DNA of 48,526 nucleotides, taken from contig JBHOSK010000003.1 in the NCBI GenBank assembly GCA_042584825.1, forward strand, positions 1 through 48,526, written 5' to 3'. The translations under genes and the position numbers were made by a program. The stretch comes from Candidatus Aenigmatarchaeota archaeon. Its GTDB lineage: Archaea > Aenigmatarchaeota > Aenigmatarchaeia > GW2011-AR5. Of the stretch, positions 38,359 to 46,641 are shown in pieces (the first letter of the stretch is position 1; every line of letters starts with the position of its first letter). The notes beneath the pieces were generated by a model. The model had not been told where the DNA came from. It ran no database searches and saw only the letters and a list, made by a program, of their open reading frames with translations.

Positions 38359-39580
38359 AATTTAAATTCTTGTCAAACTCGGTCTTTATACCCAATTCCT
38401 CCATTTCTTGCACTACTACACAAATATTATGGCAGAGTATTTTCAGTAAAATTTCATTCTGAATTGCCGTCTCTGTTCTGCTTCGTACGTGTGAGCCAAA
38501 TTTAGATTTAATCATGTGGAATGTTGTTTCAACGTTGCTCCGTTTATGATAGTGTTCTCTAAATTCTTCCTGATTATACATGAATTGATGCCACATCTTT
38601 TTCCACAAACGAGATTTATACGCTCTTGGTGCACTGTTGCTTTTGAATGGAATATATGCGGTACCACCCAACCCCTGTACGAGCGTGAGACTGTTTTTTG
38701 ATAAGTACGCTTTGTCGGCACTAACTTCATCAATCTTGAAATTTTCAGATGTTTTTTCTACAAGACCTGAAAATTGTTTTATGTCGCTTTCGTGTCCTGT
38801 TGTTAATTTTACTGCAGCAACAATATTTGTCTTAACACCAACACACAAATGAGCCTTAATCCATACACGTTTTGCTTGGTCCTTGCCAAACCTGTAATCA
38901 AACCAGCGACCGAAGTTAGATGTGGAAAATCCAGAAGAATCAACTGCGAAGTCGGTTTCCACATTTTTTAATACAAGACTGCTTAGTTCTATGAGTTCAA
39001 TTAATATTGGTGTCAGTTCTAACTTTTCCATGTAACGTGCCACTGTTGTGTAATAAGGTATTTTATTTATGAAGTCGTCTTCTTTTGCTTTCTTTACATC
39101 GCTTGTAAATCTTCTAAGTGAAAAAGTAGTATACACTTTCAAAGCAGAAGCAAATATCATGTCCTTTAACAACATCTTTGGTCTTCCAAAGATTTGCTGC
39201 GGTTCTTCCACGGTTTTGCATAGGTCATGCAACAGCTTCATGAACAATGATTTCTCGTTAATTTTTGCTCTATCATAGGCTGGCCATTTTTGCGGATATG
39301 TCGGTTTTATTATTCTCGTGGTTATTGTGCTTCCTATTTCATCAGAAGTTTTATTTGTAATGAGTTCTACAGCCCAAATATGTTTACATTTTTCTAGTCT
39401 TTCTTGATAGTCATGACAAGAGCACGTTAATTTTCCGTCAAGTGCTCTCCTTCTTACATCATAGTAAATGTGCTTTGTTTGTGACGGGACTCGCCAGCCA
39501 GTGGATACTTTTTTGATACGGCTTCGCTGGGCTATCAAAAGGCCTCTTTGTTTTCTACTGTTGGTATTTTCTATTTGCAT
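38324..39580 (-). CDS. DDE transposase (IS5/IS4-like) with N-terminal SWIM zinc finger
   Basis: SWIM CSC.D......CKH, catalytic AVDSSG, ADKAY and YHKRSNVETTF, W.KAH. Confidence 0.93.
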   Translation of the reverse strand: MQIENTNSRKQRGLLIAQRSRIKKVSTGWRVPSQTKHIYYDVRRRALDGKLTCSCHDYQERLEKCKHIWAVELITNKTSDEIGSTITTRIIKPTYPQKWPAYDRAKINEKSLFMKLLHDLCKTVEEPQQIFGRPKMLLKDMIFASALKVYTTFSLRRFTSDVKKAKEDDFINKIPYYTTVARYMEKLELTPILIELIELSSLVLKNVETDFAVDSSGFSTSNFGRWFDYRFGKDQAKRVWIKAHLCVGVKTNIVAAVKLTTGHESDIKQFSGLVEKTSENFKIDEVSADKAYLSKNSLTLVQGLGGTAYIPFKSNSAPRAYKSRLWKKMWHQFMYNQEEFREHYHKRSNVETTFHMIKSKFGSHVRSRTETAIQNEILLKILCHNICVVVQEMEELGIKTEFDKNLNFESKRDNNDKI

Positions 39581-39597
39581 TTTATCACCGTGTGGTA

Positions 39598-39666
39598 ATA
39601 CACATATGTGTATATGTGTATAAACTTAATTCACTGAAGGATTTAAAGCTATGGGTTTATGTGTAT
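39598..39666. promoter_or_regulatory. Perfect 16-bp palindrome and ATGTGTAT repeats between divergent transposase and RHH genes
   Basis: ATACACATATGTGTAT at 39598-39613. ATGTGTAT recurs at about 39614 and 39659. Confidence 0.6.
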
Positions 39667-39668
39667 AT

Positions 39669-39875
39669 ATGGGAAGGTTGGATATAGTTATCAGCGATGA
39701 TATAGAAAAAAAATTTAGAGATGAGATAGTTAAAAGATTGGGATTTAAAAAAGGTAACATAAGTATTGCCATTGAAGATGCGATAAAAGATTGGTTAAAT
39801 AAAAAATCTGGAAAAATGGTACTTGCAGGTAAGAAAGCGTGGATAACGAGAAGGGAGAAAGCGATTAAAAAATAA
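39669..39875 (+). CDS. Ribbon-helix-helix (CopG-like) regulator
   Basis: MGRLDIVISDDIEKKFR......G..KG.IS.AIEDAI..WL. Confidence 0.8.
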   Translation: MGRLDIVISDDIEKKFRDEIVKRLGFKKGNISIAIEDAIKDWLNKKSGKMVLAGKKAWITRREKAIKK

Positions 39876-39894
39876 AAATATTGAGTAATTTTAT

Positions 39895-40518
39895 ATGGTT
39901 GAAATTTCAAAAAGAATTATAGACGTGATAAAAGATTTATTTGTTATAAGAAATGATTGTTTTCCTATACAGAAAGATGGGTTGAATGAATATAAAGTAA
40001 TGAAAGGTTTTTTTTCTGATGAAATTATAAAAAGCCACCTTAAGGGTACACTAACTGTTGGTAGCTTCCAAATAAATCCTAATACTAACACTGTGAAATG
40101 GATATGTTTTGATTTTGATGGAGATTTAGATACTGAATTTAAAAAAACCAAGAAACTTTACATACACCTCAAAGAAAATGGTTACAATCCTTTATTAGAA
40201 TTTAGTGGAAGACGGGGGTATCATGTTTGGTTATTTATAAAACCTACTGACGCAGCGATTGCAAGAAAATTTTCACATGAAGTTTCTAAGAGTATTATCA
40301 TTAGCGAAATATTTCCAAAACAAAATAAAATTGGAGTTAATCAATATGGTGGTCAGGTTAAGATACCTCTTGGCATACATAGAGCGAGTAACAAACGAAG
40401 CTTTTTTTTTGACAATAATTTTAAAGAATTATCCTTGAAAAAAAGTTTTAATGAGTTACTCTCAATTAATCGTAAACGGGATGTGCTAGATATTTTCAAT
40501 TTGAAAAGGTTCGAGTAA
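39895..40518 (+). CDS. Stand-alone archaeo-eukaryotic primase catalytic domain (AEP, TOTE-like)
   Basis: WICFDFD, EFSGRRGYHVW, FPKQ, VKIPLG.H. Confidence 0.85.
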   Translation: MVEISKRIIDVIKDLFVIRNDCFPIQKDGLNEYKVMKGFFSDEIIKSHLKGTLTVGSFQINPNTNTVKWICFDFDGDLDTEFKKTKKLYIHLKENGYNPLLEFSGRRGYHVWLFIKPTDAAIARKFSHEVSKSIIISEIFPKQNKIGVNQYGGQVKIPLGIHRASNKRSFFFDNNFKELSLKKSFNELLSINRKRDVLDIFNLKRFE

Positions 40519-40549
40519 ATTATTAATCTTTTGGTATACAATTTAATTT

Positions 40550-41275
40550 ATGGCTGAAAAGAGTTCTATTGAATGGACAGATTCTACGTGGAATCCAACA
40601 ACGGGGTGTACTAAGGTTAGCTCAGGTTGTGCTAATTGTTATGCTGAAAGATTAGCTTTTAGACTTCATAAGATAGGTGTAAAAAAATATAGAAATCGAT
40701 TCAGATTAACTATTCACAAGGATGTTATATCAATGCCTTTGAAATGGAAGGTACCTAAAACGATATTTGTTAACAGTATGAGTGATTTATTTCATAAAGA
40801 CGTTTCGTATGATTTCATTAAACGTGTTTTTGATGTTATGAAAGAGGCGCACTGGCATACTTTCCAGTTGTTAACAAAAAGACCTGAAAGAATGTTAGAA
40901 TTCACAAAAAAATATTATAAAAAGCCTATATCCAATTTGTGGCTTGGAACATCTATAGAAAATTCTTCTGTGAAAAACAGAATAAATATTTTAAAGAAAA
41001 CACCATCTAAAATAAGGTTTATCAGTTTTGAACCTCTGATTGGTCCTATCGGAAAATTAAACTTGAGTAAAATACATTGGGTTGTTGTTGGTGGTGAAAG
41101 TGGTTGGAATCATAGACCAATAGAAAAAGATTGGGTAAGAGAAATAAGAGACCAATGTATTAAACAAAAGGTACCTTTTTTCTTTAAACAGTGGGGGGGT
41201 AATACACCAAAATCTGGTGGTAGAAAGTTAGATAGAAAATATTGGAATGAATATCCCGCTACCGAAAAAAACTAA
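40550..41275 (+). CDS. DUF5131 (phage Gp37/Gp68-like) three-Cys-motif protein
   Basis: IEWTD.TWNP.TGC.KVS.GC.NCYA, FVNSMSDLFH, LTKRP, SFEPL, GGESG, FFKQWGG. Confidence 0.95.
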   Translation: MAEKSSIEWTDSTWNPTTGCTKVSSGCANCYAERLAFRLHKIGVKKYRNRFRLTIHKDVISMPLKWKVPKTIFVNSMSDLFHKDVSYDFIKRVFDVMKEAHWHTFQLLTKRPERMLEFTKKYYKKPISNLWLGTSIENSSVKNRINILKKTPSKIRFISFEPLIGPIGKLNLSKIHWVVVGGESGWNHRPIEKDWVREIRDQCIKQKVPFFFKQWGGNTPKSGGRKLDRKYWNEYPATEKN

Positions 41276-42222
41276 ATCATATCAACCAAGGATTTAGACC
41301 TACCTTCTATTTGGCTTGCAATTTCTTCTAGAACTTTACCTGAAAATTTTTTTATTCTGTAATTCAAACCACCGAATATGTTTGGAAACCAAGGTGATGC
41401 CGCAAATGTTTTTCTCACCGCTGGAATGAGATGATAATGATAAGGTATTCCACCACCAGCACGTATAGCTATCTCGGTAGAAACGTCTTTTCCTATACCT
41501 GCCAAATTTTTTCTATATTGCTTTATAGCCCACGTTTCAACGTGTGACGATGGGACTTTTTCAGAACCAGGACCTAAAAAAGATTTTATTGCGTCTGGAT
41601 AATGTAAATTTCTTGAAATTGCTGTGGATGGAAAATTTATTATAAAGTCGCACATAATATTATCCGCCATTGATGTTACAGAGTCCCATTTCATTTCCAT
41701 ACCTTCTGGGTCTATGAATATTAAAGAATGGTCTATACCGAAAGATTTTAGAATTTCAGGTATTTCGTTAATCAACTTATTAGCATCTTTTTTTTCAATG
41801 GAAAATTTATCTGATTTGAGTAATTTATATGCATCTATCCTGGCTTCAAGTGCATCGACATTTTTCTTTTTATTATCACAAAATATGTGATAATCAAATC
41901 CTGGTTTTTCTCTATCTATAACCAGCGGGATTAGTGGTGAACCTAAAACTGGTATTTTCGCATCTCCCAATATATTAATACCGGGTCCTGAGAAAAGGTC
42001 TATGAATGCTGTCTTTTTCCCCCTTTTTCTGAATATATTTACAAATGGAGGTATGTAATATTTTATACAAATGAGTTTTAATGCAGTCCAATAACCTTTG
42101 TCGTATGTGGGAACTTTAGATTCTATTTCACCATCAAGAGTATTTATTTCCTTTCCTTTATCCATAAGTGGCTTTAGGTGTGATATAATCCATTCTCTAT
42201 CTGTCATTTTTCTAGGACTCAT
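41272..42222 (-). CDS. tcmP: Three-Cys-motif partner protein (SAM-methyltransferase-like fold)
   Basis: WT..KL, FIDLFSGPG, GSPL, DAN, FIDP.G. Convergent with DUF5131. Confidence 0.88.
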   Translation of the reverse strand: MSPRKMTDREWIISHLKPLMDKGKEINTLDGEIESKVPTYDKGYWTALKLICIKYYIPPFVNIFRKRGKKTAFIDLFSGPGINILGDAKIPVLGSPLIPLVIDREKPGFDYHIFCDNKKKNVDALEARIDAYKLLKSDKFSIEKKDANKLINEIPEILKSFGIDHSLIFIDPEGMEMKWDSVTSMADNIMCDFIINFPSTAISRNLHYPDAIKSFLGPGSEKVPSSHVETWAIKQYRKNLAGIGKDVSTEIAIRAGGGIPYHYHLIPAVRKTFAASPWFPNIFGGLNYRIKKFSGKVLEEIASQIEGRSKSLVDMI

Positions 42223-42311
42223 GGAATATATTGGAATTTAAATTTTTTAATATGTTGTTTTTACAACAAAAAACACTCTTTTGCAACAGGAATCACTTCT
42301 GCAACAAAGCC

Positions 42312-42320
42312 TCGTCCCAC
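42312..42320. repeat. Right 9-bp target-site duplication TCGTCCCAC
   Basis: Identical to 33904-33912. Confidence 0.9.
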
Positions 42321-42395
42321 AAAAACTTTAAATACCGGTTTAATGTATGATGTGTTGTCTAGAGGTGTCGAAAATGAATAAAATAAAAACAAACG

Positions 42396-42674
42396 TTGGT
42401 GGCCGGGTTCACATCAGTGAACAAAACAAATAGACTTATTTCTGCTCAATTTACAGCGAAGCTGGATGAAAAAGGACGTATAGTAATACCTTCTGATGTT
42501 AGGCGATCCTTTGGTTTGGGAAAAGGTAGATGTTTAGATGTTGCTCTTTCTTGTAGTTTTGATGGTCGTGATAGTGTAATGGTAGCATATGGGCTTGTGG
42601 AGCCTCTGGTTCGGGTTCAAATCCCGGTCACGACCCTATCAAAAATTAATGGAACTGGTGAGAAATATGGATAA
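42396..42674 (+). pseudogene. AbrB/MazE/SpoVT-like DNA-binding domain, probably disrupted, reading into tRNA-His
   Basis: AKLDEKGRIVIPSDVRRSFGL. The ATG with a good SD (42374) is in another frame that stops early, and the AbrB frame runs through the tRNA. Confidence 0.55.
42564..42635 (+). tRNA. tRNA-His (GTG) with encoded G-1
   Basis: Acceptor GTCGTGA/TCACGAC, G-1:C73, anticodon loop TTGTGGA, T-loop TTCAAAT, no encoded CCA. Confidence 0.92.
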
Positions 42675-42864
42675 TGGGGTTCCTACATATGTTATAGCGG
42701 GTATAGAATTTTTCCGAGATGAAATGCTCGGCTATATTCAAACCGCATTTAGTATGCCACCAGAAGAGGGGGAAGAATATCTTATCAGAAGACTGAAGGA
42801 AGGAACAAAAGAGCTAGAGCGGGCTGATTTTTATTTTGGACCTAATCAACCCAGAGGTGTGTAA
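42667..42864 (+). CDS. Hypothetical protein (65 aa)
   Basis: ATG at 42667 preceded by GGTGAG. Fills the tRNA-His to hisS gap. Confidence 0.5.
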   Translation: MDNGVPTYVIAGIEFFRDEMLGYIQTAFSMPPEEGEEYLIRRLKEGTKELERADFYFGPNQPRGV

Positions 42865-42896
42865 ACATTAATAAATTGTAAGAGGAAGTGATTATT

Positions 42897-44111
42897 ATGA
42901 AATTTCAAGTTCCGCGCGGTACAAGGGATTTTTTGCCTGAAGAAATGGCAAAAAGAAGAATAGTATTTGATAGGATAAGAAGTATCTTTGATAGATATGG
43001 GTATGGAGAAGTATGTACTCCTGCTTTTGAAGATTTTGAACTTCTTTCAAAAAAATCTGGACCAGATATAGAGAATGAGCTTTATGTATTCAAAGATAAG
43101 TCTGGTAGAAAATTAGGATTGCGTTTTGATCCTACTGTACCAATATGTAGAATTGTTTCTAATGATCCAAGCATGATAAATCCGATAAAATTTAGTTATA
43201 TTACTAACATGTGGAGGTACGATAGACCTGGTGCTGGTAGATGGCGAGAGTTCTGGCAAGCAGGAGTTGAACTAATAGGTTCATCTAAACCAGAAGCTGA
43301 TGTAGAAATAATACAAGTTGTTTATGATATACTTACATCTCTTGGAATAAAGGACTTTTATTTCAAAATAAATTCACGGGTTGTTATAGAAGATTTTATC
43401 AAAGAGTCTGGTATCAGTGAAAAAAAGAAATTTGATGTATTCAGAGCAATAGACAAACTTGGCAAAATAGGTGAGAAAGGTGTTAGAAAGGAAATGGAAA
43501 GATATGAGATAGACAAGAAAAAAATAGATAAATTTATTTCTCTTGTAAGAGAAAAAGGAAATACAAAAGAACTTCTTGATATAATTGGTCTTTGTAAGTT
43601 AACCGGGATTGAAAATATAGAAATTGATTTTAGCATTGTGCGTGGTATTGATTATTATACTGGTTTTGTTTTTGAAACGTTTGTAAAAGGTAAGGAAAGT
43701 GTTGGATCCGTAGCCTCTGGTGGTAGATATGATTCACTAATTGGATTGTATAGTGGAAAAGAAACACCAGCAACCGGGTTTGGTTTAGGTATTGATAGGT
43801 TGTTGGATGCTGTTAAAATAAAAGTAGACGACAATAAAAAATCTGTTTTTATTGCTTACATTAAAGAAAAACAAGCGGCAATGGAATTAGCTGGCGAGTT
43901 AAGAAAACTTGGCATTAATGTGGAAACAGATGTGATGGATAGAAACTTGAAAAAGCAGCTTAATTATGCAAATAACAAAAAAATATCATATGTTATTGTT
44001 TTGGGTGAAAAGGAAATATCATCTAAAAAAGGTAAATTAAAGGATATGGCAACTGGAAAAGAATATTCTATAGACTTAGAAAACCTAGAAAAAATAAAAG
44101 AATTGATATAA
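42897..44111 (+). CDS. hisS: Histidine--tRNA ligase
   Basis: PRGTRDF, LRFD.T, R.DRP..GR.REF.Q, RGIDYYTG, GGRYD, GFGLGIDR, anticodon-binding domain. Confidence 0.98.
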   Translation: MKFQVPRGTRDFLPEEMAKRRIVFDRIRSIFDRYGYGEVCTPAFEDFELLSKKSGPDIENELYVFKDKSGRKLGLRFDPTVPICRIVSNDPSMINPIKFSYITNMWRYDRPGAGRWREFWQAGVELIGSSKPEADVEIIQVVYDILTSLGIKDFYFKINSRVVIEDFIKESGISEKKKFDVFRAIDKLGKIGEKGVRKEMERYEIDKKKIDKFISLVREKGNTKELLDIIGLCKLTGIENIEIDFSIVRGIDYYTGFVFETFVKGKESVGSVASGGRYDSLIGLYSGKETPATGFGLGIDRLLDAVKIKVDDNKKSVFIAYIKEKQAAMELAGELRKLGINVETDVMDRNLKKQLNYANNKKISYVIVLGEKEISSKKGKLKDMATGKEYSIDLENLEKIKELI

Positions 44112-44112
44112 C

Positions 44113-44403
44113 TTACCAACAGCGTTGATAACCATTATTACATCTAGCACAACACATTTGTCCTTCGCCCCAGCAAGCTGAAACTCCTCCTCTCATGTGG
44201 CATACCCAGTCACATCCCCAGGCACAATAACTGCTATCTACCATCCATGCTGGAGGATGTCTAAGACCACCATCACTTTCATCAGTAGCTGGTAATGGGA
44301 AAAGTCCTCTTGGTAAAGTAGCTGATATTGCTCCTAGAATAAGGAGGAAAAGTATTACGATTGCCACTACAACAAAAATCATTGTGTTATTTTGTTTTTT
44401 CAT
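44113..44403 (-). CDS. Small membrane-anchored Cys-rich protein
   Basis: N-terminal TM and eight Cys in the C-terminal ~40 aa. Confidence 0.65.
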   Translation of the reverse strand: MKKQNNTMIFVVVAIVILFLLILGAISATLPRGLFPLPATDESDGGLRHPPAWMVDSSYCAWGCDWVCHMRGGVSACWGEGQMCCARCNNGYQRCW

Positions 44404-44488
44404 GCTCTTAATATGGAATTTTTTATATAAATATCTTTAACTCGATAAAACAAGTTTTTTAAACATGTATACAAAAAGGAATATTCAT

Positions 44489-44560
44489 GCCTCGGTAGCT
44501 TAGTGGTAGAGCGTCTGGCTGTTAACCAGGAGGTCGCAGGTTCGAATCCTGCCCGAGGCG
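44489..44560 (+). tRNA. tRNA-Asn (GTT)
   Basis: Acceptor GCCTCGG/CCGAGGC, anticodon loop CTGTTAA, GGTTCGAATCC. Confidence 0.96.
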
Positions 44561-44562
44561 CT

Positions 44563-44850
44563 ATGGACGATTACGAGGATGTAATGGAAAAACTAAGAAG
44601 TCTTTCGTTAGATCAATTTAATATACAAAATCTTAGTTCGTGTTGTAACATTAAAGGATGCTCAAAGAAACCTGAGAAAGAAATATTTATCTATGAATAT
44701 ACAATAAAAAGAAGGAAGGGTATAGTAACGGTATATTTATGTAAAGATCACACTAAAGATCTAAGAACGTTTATGAGAAAATTGCGTGATAATGCACCCA
44801 AAATGCTGATAGAAAAGAGTGTTTATCCGATTGAGAAAAAGGGGAGGTAG
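44563..44850 (+). CDS. Hypothetical Cys/His (possible zinc-binding) protein between two tRNAs
   Basis: MDDYEDVMEK..., C...GC.K.P and YLC..H. The stop codon lies within tRNA-Phe. Confidence 0.65.
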   Translation: MDDYEDVMEKLRSLSLDQFNIQNLSSCCNIKGCSKKPEKEIFIYEYTIKRRKGIVTVYLCKDHTKDLRTFMRKLRDNAPKMLIEKSVYPIEKKGR

Positions 44851-44914
44851 CTCAGCCTGGGAGAGCGCACGGCTGAAGACCGTGTTGTCGTGGGTTCAAA
44901 TCCCACTCTCCCCA
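44841..44914 (+). tRNA. tRNA-Phe (GAA)
   Basis: Acceptor GGGGAGG/TCTCCCC, anticodon arm CACGG-CTGAAGA-CCGTG, GGTTCAAATCC. Confidence 0.96.
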
Positions 44915-44974
44915 TTTATTATTCTAATTCCTGAAAAACAAAGATTTATATTGAAAGAGTATAATATAATAAAT

Positions 44975-45667
44975 ATGGGTTTTAATTATAGCTACAAACC
45001 TGGTAGAAAAAACGATACAAAAAGCAAAATTGGAGAGCTCTACGATAAGACTGTTGGAAAGGTTTTTGAAAAAGGAATTGGTCAAAGAAGTCCTATTCAA
45101 AGCAACTCTGATCAAGAAATACTGAAAGGTGTGGTTGTAGTTGTTTCTATATTTGTTCTGCTCGGGTTAGTAGGTATGCTTGGAAGTTCATATACCGGAT
45201 TAGCAACCAACAAGTTGGACGTAGAACAGCAGTTAGCATATAAGAATAGTGAGTTGTCAGATGTTGGATTAGAAAAGAAATCGTGCGAGACCAATCTATT
45301 CAACACTATAAAACGGGTTGATGATTGTGAAGCAAAAGCTGAAAATAAAGCAGACGATTTGGTAGCATGTATGAAACAAAACAATGATTTGGAGACATAT
45401 TCTAATGAACTGAACTCTTTCTATACTGAATGTGAAAAAGAAAAGACTGTAGCAGAAGAAGATTATGAAAATGCTTTAGAAGAAATAGAAAATGTGCAAG
45501 AAAACTATGACATATTCGTGAGAAATTCTGTTAGATCAACCTGCTGTAGTATAAATGACATATTGAATGAATTTACCAAAAACTTCGGTGTTACTGATAA
45601 TCAAGTAATTTGCAATACGGATGGTCAATTTACAATAAATTGTGGTACAGGAGATACAAACTATTGA
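44975..45667 (+). CDS. Single-TM coiled-coil protein with periodic Cys
   Basis: ATG at 44975 in frame with the track ORF, one TM, heptads with Cys, C-terminal CC...C...C. Confidence 0.78.
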   Translation: MGFNYSYKPGRKNDTKSKIGELYDKTVGKVFEKGIGQRSPIQSNSDQEILKGVVVVVSIFVLLGLVGMLGSSYTGLATNKLDVEQQLAYKNSELSDVGLEKKSCETNLFNTIKRVDDCEAKAENKADDLVACMKQNNDLETYSNELNSFYTECEKEKTVAEEDYENALEEIENVQENYDIFVRNSVRSTCCSINDILNEFTKNFGVTDNQVICNTDGQFTINCGTGDTNY

Positions 45668-45939
45668 TGTTTTCTCCAATGCCATTCTTCTGTTTTTTTA
45701 CTATCTAATGATGGGATTATAGGAGAAACTCCCATAGCAATGTCTCTGCTACTCGTGATGGAAGAGAATCTATGTGGAACTACCTCAAACTCCTCTCCAT
45801 TGGTGTATTTTTCGGGTGATACAGGATCAACTGACATGAACCCCTCTAATAATCCGTCGTCAATATAAATGCGATGACAACCACCTACCTGAAATATTGC
45901 ATACACGTCTCCTGGCCTTAACTTGGTTGTGAATGACAT
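45661..45939 (-). CDS. Hypothetical protein
   Basis: 92-aa ORF filling the gap, no motif. Confidence 0.45.
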   Translation of the reverse strand: MSFTTKLRPGDVYAIFQVGGCHRIYIDDGLLEGFMSVDPVSPEKYTNGEEFEVVPHRFSSITSSRDIAMGVSPIIPSLDSKKTEEWHWRKHQ

Positions 45940-46002
45940 TCTCTTGTATGACTCAAAAAAGCTTTTAAGTCTGTGGTGAAATTGATAGCATAGGGATTTT
46001 AT

Positions 46003-46641
46003 ATGGCAAAGAAAAACCTGAAAAAGAAGATGAAAAAGAAAAAGAGCGATACGTATGACTCAAAAGAATGGAAGGAAAAGCCAGATTACGTTAAGGAAGA
46101 AGAAATAAAGAAAATCGTAGATGCCGCCTTAGAAGAAAATAAAGCTATTGTTACTAAGGATAAAGAACATGTTTATGAACCTGGATATTTTGGAAAAGAC
46201 TTGGGTGATCGCTTAGAGCTTGCTCTTATTGAAGCGTTACTGCTACTAAAAAGAGGTAGAATACGTGTTTTGAATAAAGGTAAGCAAATGAAGTTTCAGG
46301 ACTTATATGATCATGCCACATCGCTTGACAAGCGTTTTCCTGAAAGATATAGAGTATACGAAGATCTTCGTGAGCGTGGTCTATTAGTTAGAACTGGATA
46401 CAAGTTTGGTTGTGATTTTCGCGTTTATGAGCGTGGTGTACAATTAAAGAAAGGTCCTAAAAGTGCTAAAGAACATACAAAATGGATTGTTTTCGCGGTA
46501 CCTGAAGATTATACGTGTTCTTTTCAAGAACTCTCAAGAGCCGTAAGGCTTGCACACAACATAAGAGCTAGAATGCTCTGGGCTATTGTAGATAATGAGG
46601 GAGATTGTACATATCTACAAATAACAAGACATAAACCATGA
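46003..46641 (+). CDS. endA: tRNA-intron endonuclease
   Basis: LEL..IEA, Y.VYEDLRERG, GYKFG.DFRVY, EH, VRLAH.IR, AIVD.EGD.TY...KP. Confidence 0.95.
   Translation: MAKKNLKKKMKKKKSDTYDSKEWKEKPDYVKEEEIKKIVDAALEENKAIVTKDKEHVYEPGYFGKDLGDRLELALIEALLLLKRGRIRVLNKGKQMKFQDLYDHATSLDKRFPERYRVYEDLRERGLLVRTGYKFGCDFRVYERGVQLKKGPKSAKEHTKWIVFAVPEDYTCSFQELSRAVRLAHNIRARMLWAIVDNEGDCTYLQITRHKP

Larger units (their letters stand above)
33913..42311. mobile_element. 8.4-kb cargo-carrying DDE transposon with IS5/IS903-like ends
   Basis: TIR GGCTTTGTTGC (33913-33923) / GCAACAAAGCC (42301-42311), 9-bp flanking direct repeat, subterminal TGCAACA repeats, single internal transposase, defence-type cargo. Confidence 0.9.

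Noticed and set aside
33913-42311. Composite transposon, provirus or tRNA-integrated island interpretation
   Set aside because: There are no flanking IS copies, integrase or virion genes, and the boundary repeats are not part of a tRNA.
44503-44974. Track ORF starts at 44503 and 44819 (also 42589)
   Set aside because: These extensions run through tRNA genes. Downstream ATGs at 44563, 44975 and 42667 are more plausible.
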